Source: Somniosus microcephalus
Taxonomy: Eukaryota
DNA length: 64,000 nt
NCBI GenBank assembly: GCA_052327205.1
Contig: CM126230.1
Location: 23,126,001-23,190,000 of the forward strand
Direction: 5' to 3'
Below are positions 36,066 through 47,840 of the stretch, piece by piece. A model generated the notes under the pieces. It made no database searches. It saw nothing but the letters and a program-made list of their open reading frames with translations, and was not told the DNA's origin. Position 1 is the stretch's first letter. Each line of letters opens with the position of its first letter. A program made the position numbers and the translations under genes.

Positions 36066-39000
36066 GTTCCCAGTGTCAGTGTCACATGGTTCCCAGTGTT
36101 AGTGTCACACGGTTTCCAGTGTCGGTGTCACACGGTTCCCAGTGTTAATGTCACACGGTTCCCAGTGTGGGTGTCACACGGTTCCCAGTGTTAGTGTCAT
36201 ACGGTTTCCAGTGTCGGTGTCACACGGTTTCATGTGTCACTGTCACACGGTTCCCAGTGTCGGTGTCACACAGTACCCGGTGTTAGTGTCACACCGTTCC
36301 CAGTGTCACTGTCACATGGTCCCCAGTGTGGGTGTCACACGGTTCCCAGTGTCGGTGTCACATGGTTCCCAGTGTCGGTGTCAAAAAGTTCCCAGTGTTA
36401 GTGTCACACGGTTCCCAGTGTGGGTGTCACACAGCTCCCAGTGTTAGTGTCACACGGTTCCCAGTGTCGGTGTCACATGGTTCCCAGTGTCGGTGTCACA
36501 TGGTTCCCAGTGTCGGTGTCACATGGTTCCCAGTGTTAGTGTCACACGGTTCCCAGTGTCGGTGTCACATGGTTCCCAGTGTTAGTGTCACACGGTTCCC
36601 AGTGTCGGTGTCACACGGTTCCCAGTGTCAGTGTCACACGGTTCCCAGTGTGGGTGTCACACAGCTCCCAGTGTTAGTGTCACACGGTTCCCAGTGTCGG
36701 TGTCACATGGTTCCCAGTGTTAGTGTCACATGGTTCCCAGTGTCGGTGTCACACGGTTCCCAGTGTCGGTGTCACATGGTTCCCAGTGTTAGTGTCACAT
36801 GGTTCCCAGTGTCACTGTCACACGGTTTCCAGTGTCACTGTCACACGGTTCCCAGTGTCGGTGTCACACGCTTCCCAGTGTTGGTGTCACACGGTTCCCA
36901 GTGTTAGTGTCACACGGTTCCCAGTGTTAGTGTCACACGGTTCCCAGTGTTAGTGTCACACGGTTCCCAGTGTCAGTGTCACACGGTTTCCAGTGTCACT
37001 GTCACACGGTTCCCAGTGTCAGTGTCACACGGTTCCCAGTGTTAGTGTCACATGGTTCCCAGTGTCGGTGTCACATGGTTCCCAGTGTTAGTGTCACACG
37101 GTTCCCAATGTTAGTGTCACACGGTTCCCAGTGTGGGTGTCACACGGTTCCCAGTGTTAGTGTCACACGGTTCCCAGTGTCGGTGTCACACGGTTCCCAG
37201 TGTTAGTGTCACACGGTTCCCAGTGTCGGTGTCACACGGTTCCCAATGTTAGTGTCACACGGTTCCCAGTGTGGGTGTCACACGGTTCCCAGTGTTAGTG
37301 TCACACGGTTCCCAGTGTGGGTGTCACATGGTTCCCAGTGTCGGTGTCACATGGTTCCCAGTGTCGGTGTCACACAGTTCCCAGTGTCACTGTCACACTG
37401 TTCCCAGTGTCGGTGTCACACGGTTCCCAGTGTGGGTGTCACACGGTTCCCAGTGTCGGTGTCACACAGTTCCCAGTGTCACTGTCACACTGTTCCCAGT
37501 GTCAGTGTCACACAGTTCCCAGTGTGGGTGTCACACGGTTCCCAGTGTTAGTGTCACACAGATCCCAGTGTTAGTGTCACACGGTTCCCAGTGTCGGTGT
37601 CACATGGTTCCCAGTGTCGGTGTCACACAGTTCCCAGTGTCACTGTCACACTGTTCCCAGTGTCGGTGTCACACGGTTCCCAGTGTTAGTGTCACACGGT
37701 TCCCAGTGTCGGTGTCACACGGTTCCCAGTGTGGGTGTCACATGGTTCCCAGTGTTAGTGTCACACGGTTCCCAGTGTCGGTGTCACACGGTTCCCAGTG
37801 TCGGTGTCACACGGTTCCCAGTGTCAGTGTCACACGGTTCCCAGTGTCGGTGTCACACGGTTCCCAGTGTGGGTGTCACACGGTTCCCAGTGTTAGTGTC
37901 ACACGGTTCCCAGTGTCGGTGTCACACGGATCCCAGTGTTAGTGTCACACGGTTTCCAGTGTCGGTGTCACACGGTTCCTAGTGTGGGTGTCACACGGTT
38001 CCCAGTGTTAGTGTCACACGGTTCCCAGTGTCGGTGTCACACGGATCCCAGTGTTAGTGTTACACGGTTCCCAGTGTTAGTGTCACACAGTTTCCAGTGT
38101 CACTGTCACATGGTTTCCAGTGTCGGTGTCACACGGTTCCCAGTGTGGGTGTCACACGGTTCCCAGTGTTAGTGTCACACGGTTCCCAGTGTCGGTGTCA
38201 CACGGATCCCAGTGTTAGTGTCACACGGTTTCCAGTGTCGGTGTCACACGGTTCCTAGTGTGGGTGTCACACGGTTCCCAGTGTTAGTGTCACACGGTTC
38301 CCAGTGTCGGTGTCACACGGATCCCAGTGTTAGTGTTACACGGTTCCCAGTGTTAGTGTCACACAGTTTCCAGTGTCACTGTCACATGGTTTCCAGTGTC
38401 ACTGTCACACTGTTCCCAGTGTCGGTGTCACACGGTTCCCAGTGTTAGTGTCACACGGTTCCCACTGTCGGCATCACATGGTTTCCAGTGTTAGTGTCAC
38501 ACGGTTCCCAGTGTTAGTGTCACACAGTTTCCAGTGTCACTGTCACACGGTTTCCAGTGTCACTGTCACACGGTTCCCAGTGTCGGTGTCACACGGTTCC
38601 CAGTGTTAGTGTCACACGGTTTCCAGTGTCGGTGTCACACGGTTCCCAGTGTTAGTGTCACACGGTTCCCAGTGTGGGTGTCACACGGTTCCCAATGTTA
38701 GTGTCACATGGTTCCCAGTGTCACTGTCACACCGTTCCCAGTGTCGGTGTCACATGGTTCCCAGTGTTAGTGTCACACGGTTCCCTGTGTCGGTGTCACA
38801 CGGTTCCCAGTGTTACTATCACATGGTCCCCAGTGTGGGTGTCACACGGTTCCCAGTGTTAGTGTCACACGGTTCCCAGTGTCGGTGTCACACGGTTCCC
38901 AGTGTTAGTGTCACACGGTTCCCAGTGTTAGTGTCACACTGTTCCCAGTGTCGGTGTCACACGGTTTCCAGTGTCGGTGTCACACGGTTCCCAGTGTGGG

Positions 39001-40478
39001 TGTCACACGGTTCCCAGTGTCGGTGTCACACGGATCCCAGTGTTAGTGGCACACAGTTCCCAGTGTCGGTGTCACACGGATCCCAGTGTTAGTGGCACAC
39101 AGTTCCCAGTGTCGGTGTCACACGGTTCCCAGTGTCAGTGTCACACGGTTCCCAGTGTCACTGTCACACTGTTCCCAGTGGCAGTGTCACACAGATCCCA
39201 GTGTTAGTGGCACACAGTTCCCAGTGTCGGTGTCACACGGTTCCCAGTGTCAGTGTCACACGGTTCCCAGTGTCACTGTCACACTGTTCCCAGTGTCGGT
39301 GTCACACGGTTCCCAGTCTTACTGTCACACGGTTCCCAGTGTGGGTGTCACACGGTTCCCAGTGTTAGTGTCACACGGTTCCCAGTGTCGGTGTCACACG
39401 GTTCCCAGTGTTAGTGTCACGCGGTTCCCAGTGTGGGTGTCACATGGTTCCCAGTGTTAGTGTCACACGGTTTCCAGTGTCGGTGTCACACGGTTCCCAG
39501 TGTCGCTGTCACACGGTTCCCAGTGTTAGTGCCACACGGTTCGCAGTGTTAGTGTCACACGGTTCCCAGTGTCGGTGTCACACGGTTCCCAGTGTTACTC
39601 TCACACAGTTCCCAGTGTTAGTGTCACATGGTTCCCAGTGTCGGGTCACACGGTTCCCAGTGTCGGTGTCACACGGTTCCCAGTGTCGGTGTCACGCGGT
39701 TCCCAGTGTCACTTTTACACGGTTCCCAGTGTTAGTGTCACACAGTTCCCAGTGTGGGTGTCACATGGTTCACAGTGTTAGTGTCACACGGTTTCCAGTG
39801 TCGGTGTCACACTGTTCCCAGTGTCGCTGTCACACGGTTCCCAGTGTCGCTGTCACACGGTTCCCAGTGTCGGTGTCACATGGTTCCCAGTGTTAGTGCC
39901 ACACGGTTCCCAGTGTTAGTGTCACATGGTTCCCAGTGTTAGTGCCACACGGTTCCCAGTGTTAGTGTCACACGGTTCCCAGTTTCGGTGTCACATGGTT
40001 CCCAGTGTTACTGTCACACAGTTCCCAGTGTTAGTGTCACACGGTTTCCAGTGTCACTGTCACACTGTTCCCAGTGTCGGTGTCACACGGTTCCCAGTGT
40101 TAGTGTCACATGGTTCCCAGTGTTAGTGTCACACGGTTCCCAGTGTCGGTGTCGCACGGTTCCCAGTGTGGGTGTCACACGGTTCCCAGTGTCACTGTCA
40201 CACGGTTCCCAGTGTTAGTGTCACACGGTTTCCAGTGTGGGTGTCACACGGTTCCCAGTGTTAGTGTCACATGGTTTCCAGTGTGGGTGTCACACGGTTC
40301 CCAGTGTCGGTGTCGCACGGTTCCCAGTGTGGGTGTCACACGGTTCCCAGTGTCACTGTCACATGGTTCCCAGTGTCAGTGTCACATGGTTCCCAGTGTC
40401 AGTGTCACATGGTTTCCAGTGTGGGTGTCACACGGTTCCCAGTGTGGGTGTCACACGGTTCCCAGTGTTAGTGTCACA
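36066..40478. repeat. 23-bp minisatellite, about 190 units (CCCAGTGT[TA/CG/GG]GTGTCACACGGTT)
   Basis: Continuous array read directly; degenerate units begin at ~35989. Confidence 0.98.
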
Positions 40479-40899
40479 GATAGTTTTACACTGGGAAACC
40501 AAGTCGGAGGAAGGGATTAAATTTACCTTTTAAATGAATATCAAACTATGGTAGCCCTGCATTTGATACCACGTAATATTAAACACCAGACATTATGGAA
40601 TGTAATTTTGAAACATTATTTTATTTACCTCAGCTTTTAAATGAAAGGGGATGATATATATTACAGCAAAACACTATTCTTACAAACTGCAATACTGTTT
40701 AGGGTGCCGGACACGCTGTGATCACGCAGCTGAATCACCGCTGTGTGCACAGGTGTGATTGAGTGAGATGGATGCCATTGTAACGTGGATGGAATAAACA
40801 TGGGGTTACTGCAGTGAGTCCATGTTGCAAAGAAGCAAATACAGTTCACTTTTTCTTTGCATGACCTCTACAGGACACCCGGGAGTGGGGAGTTATAGT

Positions 40900-41250
40900 T
40901 TTACAAGTGGTGACAGCACCTCTCGCAAGTGACCATTTATATGTGAATTGCTGCAGTGAGCTATTTGGATGTGAGGGGCATCATAACTGTGCCCAATCCT
41001 GTCCACACACAATGTCCACACTATCCAGCAGAGGGTGCTAGATAGCAAATAGAAGCAGGAGCCAGGGCTGATTCCCCCCCTCCACCACCCCACCTCCCCA
41101 CTTCCCTAGCCTAGGGCAATGAAGGCCAGTTGTATTGCCCATCCTGTCCCACCGCCAAAGATCAGCTAACTCAGCACTGGCCAGGGATTGAGCCTGGGGC
41201 CTTCTGGCTCTGTGTGGCTCAGATCCGCGCCAATTGGTGCACTTACCCAC
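40900..41250 (-). mobile_element. Old SINE family C
   Basis: GATCAGCTAACTCAGCAC and CCCTAGCCTAGGG motifs, reverse orientation. Confidence 0.55.
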
Positions 41251-41376
41251 CAAATGATCCGATTCACCTACTGTATTTGTAAAATGTACTGTAACCTGGA
41301 AAAAAAAAGTGCAATTATACAAGTTTGAAATCTGACAGTTTTGAATCTAGCTCATGATCTAGAACTGGGATATGGT

Positions 41377-42220
41377 GGGCTGGATTTTGATTGAGGAGGC
41401 GTGTAGGAGGCGGGACTACAACTTTCAGGGTTGAAGTCCCGCCTCCATCGAGTTGTAGCCAACCCATGCAATTTTGACTTGATTGACCTTGTTGAGCCGC
41501 CCAGCAGGCTCAGCAGGCCAATTAAGGGCCACCCGGCAACAGGTGACATCACAGATTGAGATTTCATCTGTCAAAAGCTTTTGACAGATGAGATATCAGC
41601 GTTTGACAGCTCTTTGAAGCTGTCAAACACTAACAATCTGTACTCCAAGTTAATTCCTTCCTCTCAGGCTGATTTAGAGATCTCTCCAGAACAGAAAGCT
41701 AAATGCTGCAACTTTTGACAGCTCGCGGCCATTCTGCTTTCTGTGCCGGTGAGATGAGGAACTCCCGAGACCTGAAGGAAGGAAGGCTGTAAATGTAAGA
41801 TAAACTTCTTTAAACACTTTAGACACACCAAACACACTTACCTCTGCACTCATACACCCATCACTCACCTGAACACCGGACATCTCGAACCCTCCAAGCC
41901 CTTCAGCCCGACGGCCCACCTCGCTAACTTGGCGTGGTTTGGAGCCATCGAGAATCCCACACTTCAGCAATAAAAATAGGGATTAGGCTAAAAACTGCCT
42001 GTTAAGTACCTGTTAAGTACCTGTTAGCAGGCAGTTAATTAGCACTAATCCCCTTCCCGCCTCGGGGAGGTGGGTCCCAGTACGGGTCGGGTACCCGCCT
42101 CCTTTGAAACTGGCATGGGGGCGGGTTGGGGGCGGGATGGGTTCGTGCCCCCCGATTTTGAGATTTTAACCCCTCACACGCCTCCAATCCCGCCTCCACG
42201 GCCCAATGAAAATCCTGCCT
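41377..42220. mobile_element. Harbinger MITE family A2
   Basis: GGGCTGGATTTT / AAAATCCTGCCT with exact TSD GGT. Confidence 0.9.
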
Positions 42221-42502
42221 GGTGTGTCTGACAGTTAATCTGTAGATTCAATACACTGAGCTATCCCATCAGAAAAACCTCATCACAGTAGGGCCCCGTT
42301 CCTCATGACAGGGGGTCCGGTTCCTCACCAGATGGGGTCTGGTTCTTAAGTTTGCTATTTGCAGTGAAATTTTAAACATCTATTTATTGCTGCTTTTATG
42401 ACATAATTTCAGTGCAGTCTTTACCAGTACAGCTGGCCTGACCCCCAGCTGTTCTGAAATGTGGCAAAACTTTTCAAGAGATCAGGGCCCCGGTATTGAC
42501 AG

Positions 42503-43125
42503 GGGCGGGTTTTTCCAGCCGGGGGGGTTAGCGGGGGGGGAGGGGTGGTGGTCGGGGGGCGGCGTTTCGGACGGGAAATCTGGAAGTCCACAGTTTTAAC
42601 TCCACCGCATGCGTGTTTTTTTTCAACAGGATCCCCAGGATTGACTCCCAGTCGGGCGGGGAGCTCTCCGGAGCAGGCCACAGGAGCAGGTAGGGAGCCT
42701 GTAGCTGCTAGTGGGAGCATTGGGGGGGAGGGCTCCAATTGGGGGGGTCTTTGTATTGGGGGGGAGTCCAATCCAGGGGAAGAAGGTAAGCTTGGGGGGG
42801 GGGGGGCGGTCGGGGAGCATTCCTGCTCCTCCCGGCCTACAAGCAGTCCTGGAAAATCACTTACCTTCTCCCCAAAGCTGTCCTTGCCTCCCTTCAGCTG
42901 CCGGGTTTCCCGAGGCCTGGAAAACTCAGCCGGCCAGGGTTAAACTTGTAAAACCGGTTGAATAAATGGCCAACCTGCCTCCTGGGAGCGGGTTGGTTGC
43001 CCGTCCTCTGTCCCACCTCCGTTAAACCCGGAAGTGGGCGGGTTGGAGTCGGGGTTGAGATTTAAAAAAATTTTACATCTCACCCGACCCCAATCCAACC
43101 ATTTTGGAGGTTTAAAATTGCCCCC
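42503..43125. mobile_element. Harbinger-type MITE, family E
   Basis: GGGCGGGTTTT / AAAATTGCCCCC with CAG on both sides; GGCGGG subterminal motifs. Confidence 0.7.
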
Positions 43126-44224
43126 CAGATCTCTGTCAGTGTGCCCATGTGTGTACCTACGTGTGCAGGCTATTTATCCATGGAGGGCAGCACTGTTGAG
43201 GCCTGTCCTGTCTGCAGAGGGTTTTACGCAGAGCGTTGCTAAGACATGGCTATACCTTACCAGAAACAGTGTTGGAACTAAAACCCATAATCGCTTTTAA
43301 AAAGGATACGGATAATTATTTGAAAAAATACAATAAAAGGATATCTTTGAGAGCCAGCAAGACGTGACGTGTTGACTGGCCACCATGTGTGCTATAAAAT
43401 TCTACGATTGTATCATTTCCTTTAGCCTCGAACAATCTGGGCTTTGTTTTCAAATCCCAGGACTGGATTCACCACGTCTATTCTACAACTGGCCACACTG
43501 ACATCCAACCCTGCAGCTTCATTATGTGTGAGGAATTTGTTCTATCCGTGAAAAACTGATTTATGGCTTTTGGTTCTATTTTAAAAGCCCCCGCCCCCCC
43601 CCCCCCCCACCTCTCTATGAACATGTGTTCTGAATAAACCCGTGGTTTCAAATTATTCCCAATCAAAGTCAGCAGCTCGGCAAGGCCGCTAACAGGGCGA
43701 AGAGCGAAAGAGACCAGAGATGGGAGTAATTGCAGCTGGGAATGGGCTCTGAAGACTTTTAAATGAGAAACATTAGAATACTTGTCCATTCCTGCAGTCT
43801 GTGTGGGCAAATGCGGAGCGAGATATTTTCGAATAAAAACCAGTTATGCATCAAAGTCACCGTCGGAGATGCTGGAGACCTACAGAAAAAGTACATTCTG
43901 CTACTCTGTAGCTCACCTCAGCAGTACTTAGCTTCCCTTACTTGTGAGACTTACCCCCACCTCCTACCCAACCCCCCCCCCACCCCTCCTAATTGATGTG
44001 TTCATCAAGGTGAAGGTACGTTGGTGCTGGGAATGGAACTTTCCCCGTTTCCGACATCCAGTGTCGGTATCAACCTCTTCCAGCTTAATTGCACCCCAGC
44101 CACGGGCAACGTAGCCAGCCCCAACTCTCGGCCTTAGTTCCAACCCCTGAAGAACATTCCCTACTGCACCAGTGTGACAGTTTTCCATTTGTCATAACAG
44201 CCATCCCATGGCCTCTTTGAATAA

Positions 44225-44292
44225 AGAAAAAAAAGTCTTACATTTATATAGCGCCTTTCACGGCCTCAGGATGTCCTAAAGCGCTTTACAGC
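44225..44292 (-). mobile_element. DeuSINE tail; remainder at 55825-56200
   Basis: ...AAAGCGCTTTACAGC | LTR element | ACAGCCAATGAAGTAC... reconstitutes the SINE. Confidence 0.9.
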
Positions 44293-44621
44293 TGTCATAA
44301 ATCTCATCATCGAGAAACTACCTATGAAATAACACTGGACGGCCAGCTGGTGGCACCATCCAAGGACTATAAATACTTGGGCGTTGGCCCCAGCTTTCCA
44401 GGGGCATTTTGTAAGACAAGGAACTAGTGAAGTACAACTAGACCTCCATGTTCTGAAACAAGTTGATTAAAGCCTTGCTTTATACTCAAACCAAGTGTGT
44501 AGTGAGTTTTATTACGTCAATTTAATCAACTTGATATTGACTCCACGCTTTGGGTGATTTCGGGAATAGCCAGCTACGACTCGAACCGTAGAAGGGAACT
44601 CAGACAAGTAATCAATCCATC

Positions 44622-46778
44622 ATGGAGAAACTACTCAGCCCCGCCCGTCTTGACCTGGACCCGAATTCACTTACAGCTGCTAAGGTATGGAAACACTGGT
44701 ATCATACTTTTAGCAACTTCCTCAGGGTGTGTGGTGAAAATGTTCCTGATAAATTAGAAATACTTGCTAATTACGTATCCCCTCATGTGTTTGATTATAT
44801 CGAAGACTGTGTAGACTATGACGCCGCTATCCAAATACTACAGCAGCTATATGTCAAGTCTCCAAATGAACATTTTTCTCGGCATCTACTGGCCACAACT
44901 CGACAACAACCCGGGGAATCACTTGACGAATTCCTTCAGAAACTTTGCAGGCTCAGCAAGGATTGTAATCTTAAAGCTGTTACAGCTGAGCAGTACCAGG
45001 AGGAGTTAATTTGTGATTCCTTTATTAATGGGATTGCGTCTCTCTTCATGCATCAGCGTCTGTTGGAGAATAAAACCCTCAAGTTACAGGCTGCCTATGA
45101 CCAGGCATGTTCTCTGGACTTAGCAAAGAGGAATGCAGACACCTATCTTTTACCACGTGCACGGGCTGCTGCTATCTCTTTTAGTGACTCTTTCAATAGG
45201 CCTCGGGCGGAAGCCCTCATGGATGACGACTCCAACCCGGCTGATGACAACCCTACCCTAGAAACCTACACTGATGACGACCCCGCCCTAGCGGCATCTT
45301 GGCAATCTGGAAGGAAGTGTTTCTTCTGTGGAGGAGCGTTCCATTATAGGAAATTATGTCCTGCTCGTAACACGACCTGCAATCATTGCAGCAAGAAAGG
45401 TCACTTTTCTAAGGTATGCCAGTCAAGAGCCGCTGTTAGTAAGAAAGGCCACTTTTCTAAGGTATACCGGCCGGGAGCTCCTGTTAGTTTTGCAGCTATT
45501 ATCTATAAAACTGCTCCTCCCCCAAGAGCCACTACTAAGGTTACAGCTGCAATTTATAAAACTGCTCCTCCCCCAAGAACCACTACTAAGGTTACAGCTG
45601 TCAAGGGTAAAACTGCCCCTCCTCCCATCACAGCTGTTTTTCCCCAAAGCTTGTCCCATGCAGCCATGAAGGTTTCGATAAATGGACACATTTTGAGTGC
45701 ACTAATCGACTCATGCAGCTCTGACAGCTTCATTAGTGAGCGGGCTGTCAGTAAGTTAAAACTGCGTATTTACCCCTCGGACAGGGAAATTGCAATGGCT
45801 CTGACGACACTGACCACCAATTCTTCCGGCTTTTGTCTTGTCAACCTTATTCTCAATGGCCGCACTTATTTCTCCACCCGGCTCGGGGTGCTCAAGAACC
45901 TATGCAGTGATGTGCTCCTGGGACAGGATTTCCAGAAACAACACAAAAGACTCACTTTCGAGTTTGGAGGGTCAAAGCCGGAGCTTACTATTTCCAAAGT
46001 ACCGTTTTGTGCGCTTTCGGCGGCTTCGCTCGATGAGCCCTCCTTGTTTGCCAATCTTTCCCCCCAATGTAAGCCCATAGTCACTAAATCACGACGTTTC
46101 AGCCGAGATGATCGAGCCTTTATCGAGGCAGAAATCTCTCGCCTTCTAGCTGACGGTATCATTGAGCCATGTTCATCTCCCTGGCGGGCTCAAGTCGTCA
46201 TTGTTAAAAATCCTCTGAAGCAACACAAGAAATGTCTTTGCATCGATTACTCGCAAACTATTAACCAGTATACTGACCTGGATGCCTACCCACTACCACG
46301 CATCGATGACATGGTCAATAACCTTGCCAACTACAAGGTATTTTCAACTTTTGATTTAAAGAGCGCATATCATCAAGTACCGTTAAAGGACTCTGACAAA
46401 AAGTACACGGCCTTTGAGGCCAATGGTCGGCTTTACCAGTTTTGTCGCCTTCCATTTGGGGTCACCAATGGGGTGGCCATCTTTCAATGGGCAATGGAAA
46501 GCCTAGTCAAACAGGAGAACTTAACGGACACTTTTCCATATCTAGATAATATCACCATTGCTGGTCATAACCAGAAGGAGCATGATGCCAATCTCCAGAA
46601 ATTTTTTGACGTTCTCCATCGTCGCAACTTAACCTTAAATGAGTCCAAATCTGTGAAATCAGTACCATCAGTCAACATCCTTGGCTACTGGGTGGGCAAC
46701 GGTGTCATCAAACTGGATCCGGAGCGACTTCGTCCGCTTCAGGAGCTCCCTCCCCCTACGAATCTCGGCTCTCTTCGT
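44622..46778 (+). CDS. Element A gag-protease-RT, interrupted at 46778
   Basis: CCHC knuckles CFFCGGAFHYRKLC / CNHCSKKGHFSKVC, protease LIDSCS, RT SSPW..IDY..DAYPLP..DLKSAYHQ..LPFGV..YLDN; joins in frame across the insert (NLGSLR|RALGMFAYY). Confidence 0.92.
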
Positions 46779-47262
46779 TGTATTGATTTCTTTGTGGGTA
46801 CAATGATGAGACATTTGTACAAGAGAATGACTTTTAATCTAAGGTATATTCAACTCAAAGTTAACAGTATTTACAGGACACACCATGCTGTGATGCATCT
46901 AAAGTGAAACTAAAATCTCTCAGCCTGCTTGTCTGGTCACATGACCTCTGCTGGTCAGGCACAAGCAATCAATACCTGCAATCATGCTATTAAGGCATCA
47001 TAATCGAACAGGCAAATAACATCACTATTTGCTGATATCATTACATCTCCCTTTCTTAAAACAAAAGTATTTTACTTTTAACTAACAACATGTTTTCTTT
47101 GTATTAATCTGCATTTTAACTGTAACACTTAATGAACTTACATTATCATTATCATGATCAAGGTTTTTTAACCTTGCTTTGTGTGTTCACATGAAATATG
47201 TCAATACACTAGAACTTGAAGAAAGAATAAGATAACATTACTTCCTTCTATAACAATAGTCC

Positions 47263-47840
47263 TTAAATTTGCTCAATGAGTCTCTCAGGAGGCTTCACGT
47301 GTCTTGAGGATTTTCTGATTGATTGTCCTTGAATCTGAGTTGTTGCCTCAGATGATGTGTTCTCAGCTGTGTGACCAGGTTGTTCAACAGTATCAGTCTC
47401 TTCACCTGCTGTGGCTGGTCCCATGAGAAGATCTCGACGATTTCTTCTCAGAACAGTACCCTCATCTGTCTGAATGGTGTATGATCTTGGTTGAACTTCA
47501 CTCAGGACAGTTCCCTTCTGAGTCCATGTGTTTGTTTTGTCTTTCAACCTTACTTGGTCACCAGTGTGGAGTTCAGGTAGGTTTTGTGTTCCTCTGTCAT
47601 AGTAATACTTTTGCTTTGCTTTCTGTTGTTCTTTGAACTTCCTCACTTTCTCCCCCTCTTTTGTTTTCAGGAGGTTCTCCGGGATGGGTAGGTTTGACCT
47701 TAGCCGACGTCCCATCAGGAGTTGGGCTGGTGACTTACCACACTCGAACGGCGTTGTGCGGTATACAAGCATGCTTTGGTAGAAGTCAGTTCCACTGTCT
47801 TTTGTCTTGTACATCAGTCTTTTCACTGTCTGGACCGATT
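47263..47840 (-). pseudogene. Element B integrase C-terminal remnant
   Basis: KSVQTVKRL...YRTTP...SPAQLLMGRRLRSNLP...PRSYTIQT...RRNRRDL. Confidence 0.85.

Larger units (their letters stand above)
5290..43879 (-). pseudogene. Decayed multi-exon TBC1D32/BROMI-like gene, probably a divergent paralog
   Basis: AG/GT-bounded exon remnants with mostly compatible phases: 43782-43879, 35799-35935, 34641-34943, 33476-33645, 31282-31427, 24863-24950, 24504-24738, 22995-23140, 19220-20040, 16341-16706, 14273-14328, ~10870-11399, 8410-8570, ~6440-6570, ~5290-5550. Colinear matches to recalled human TBC1D32: FIRKYLAPHL~FVKYLRQHI; SSDWWGNCN~PSDVLNCEN; SAECLL~AVECLY; SCEG..HLH~TCEG..NLH; GYEDLAYMVSITACGGFEL~GYGVLVTRVASTAAGGIAL; VEPIDMD~VDPIDRS; FIDDENSSR~IIDGLSVER; DYSGF~DYAGH; DLRIHL*E..AGFK~DLQVFLKE..HGFR. 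Many in-frame stops and frameshifts. Confidence 0.6.

Noticed and set aside
36066-40478. 23-bp array as a CRISPR array or RAG recombination signals (CCCAGTG resembles CACAGTG)
   Set aside because: No unique spacers, no cas genes, no ACAAAAACC nonamer, the essential CAC start is absent, and no V/J segments are nearby.
35994-40533. Many Cys/His/Val-rich ORFs
   Set aside because: Translations of the minisatellite cycling through all three frames.
46779-46907. C-terminal extension of the 761-aa ORF
   Set aside because: Read-through into the antisense LTR of element B; the true frame resumes at 49105.
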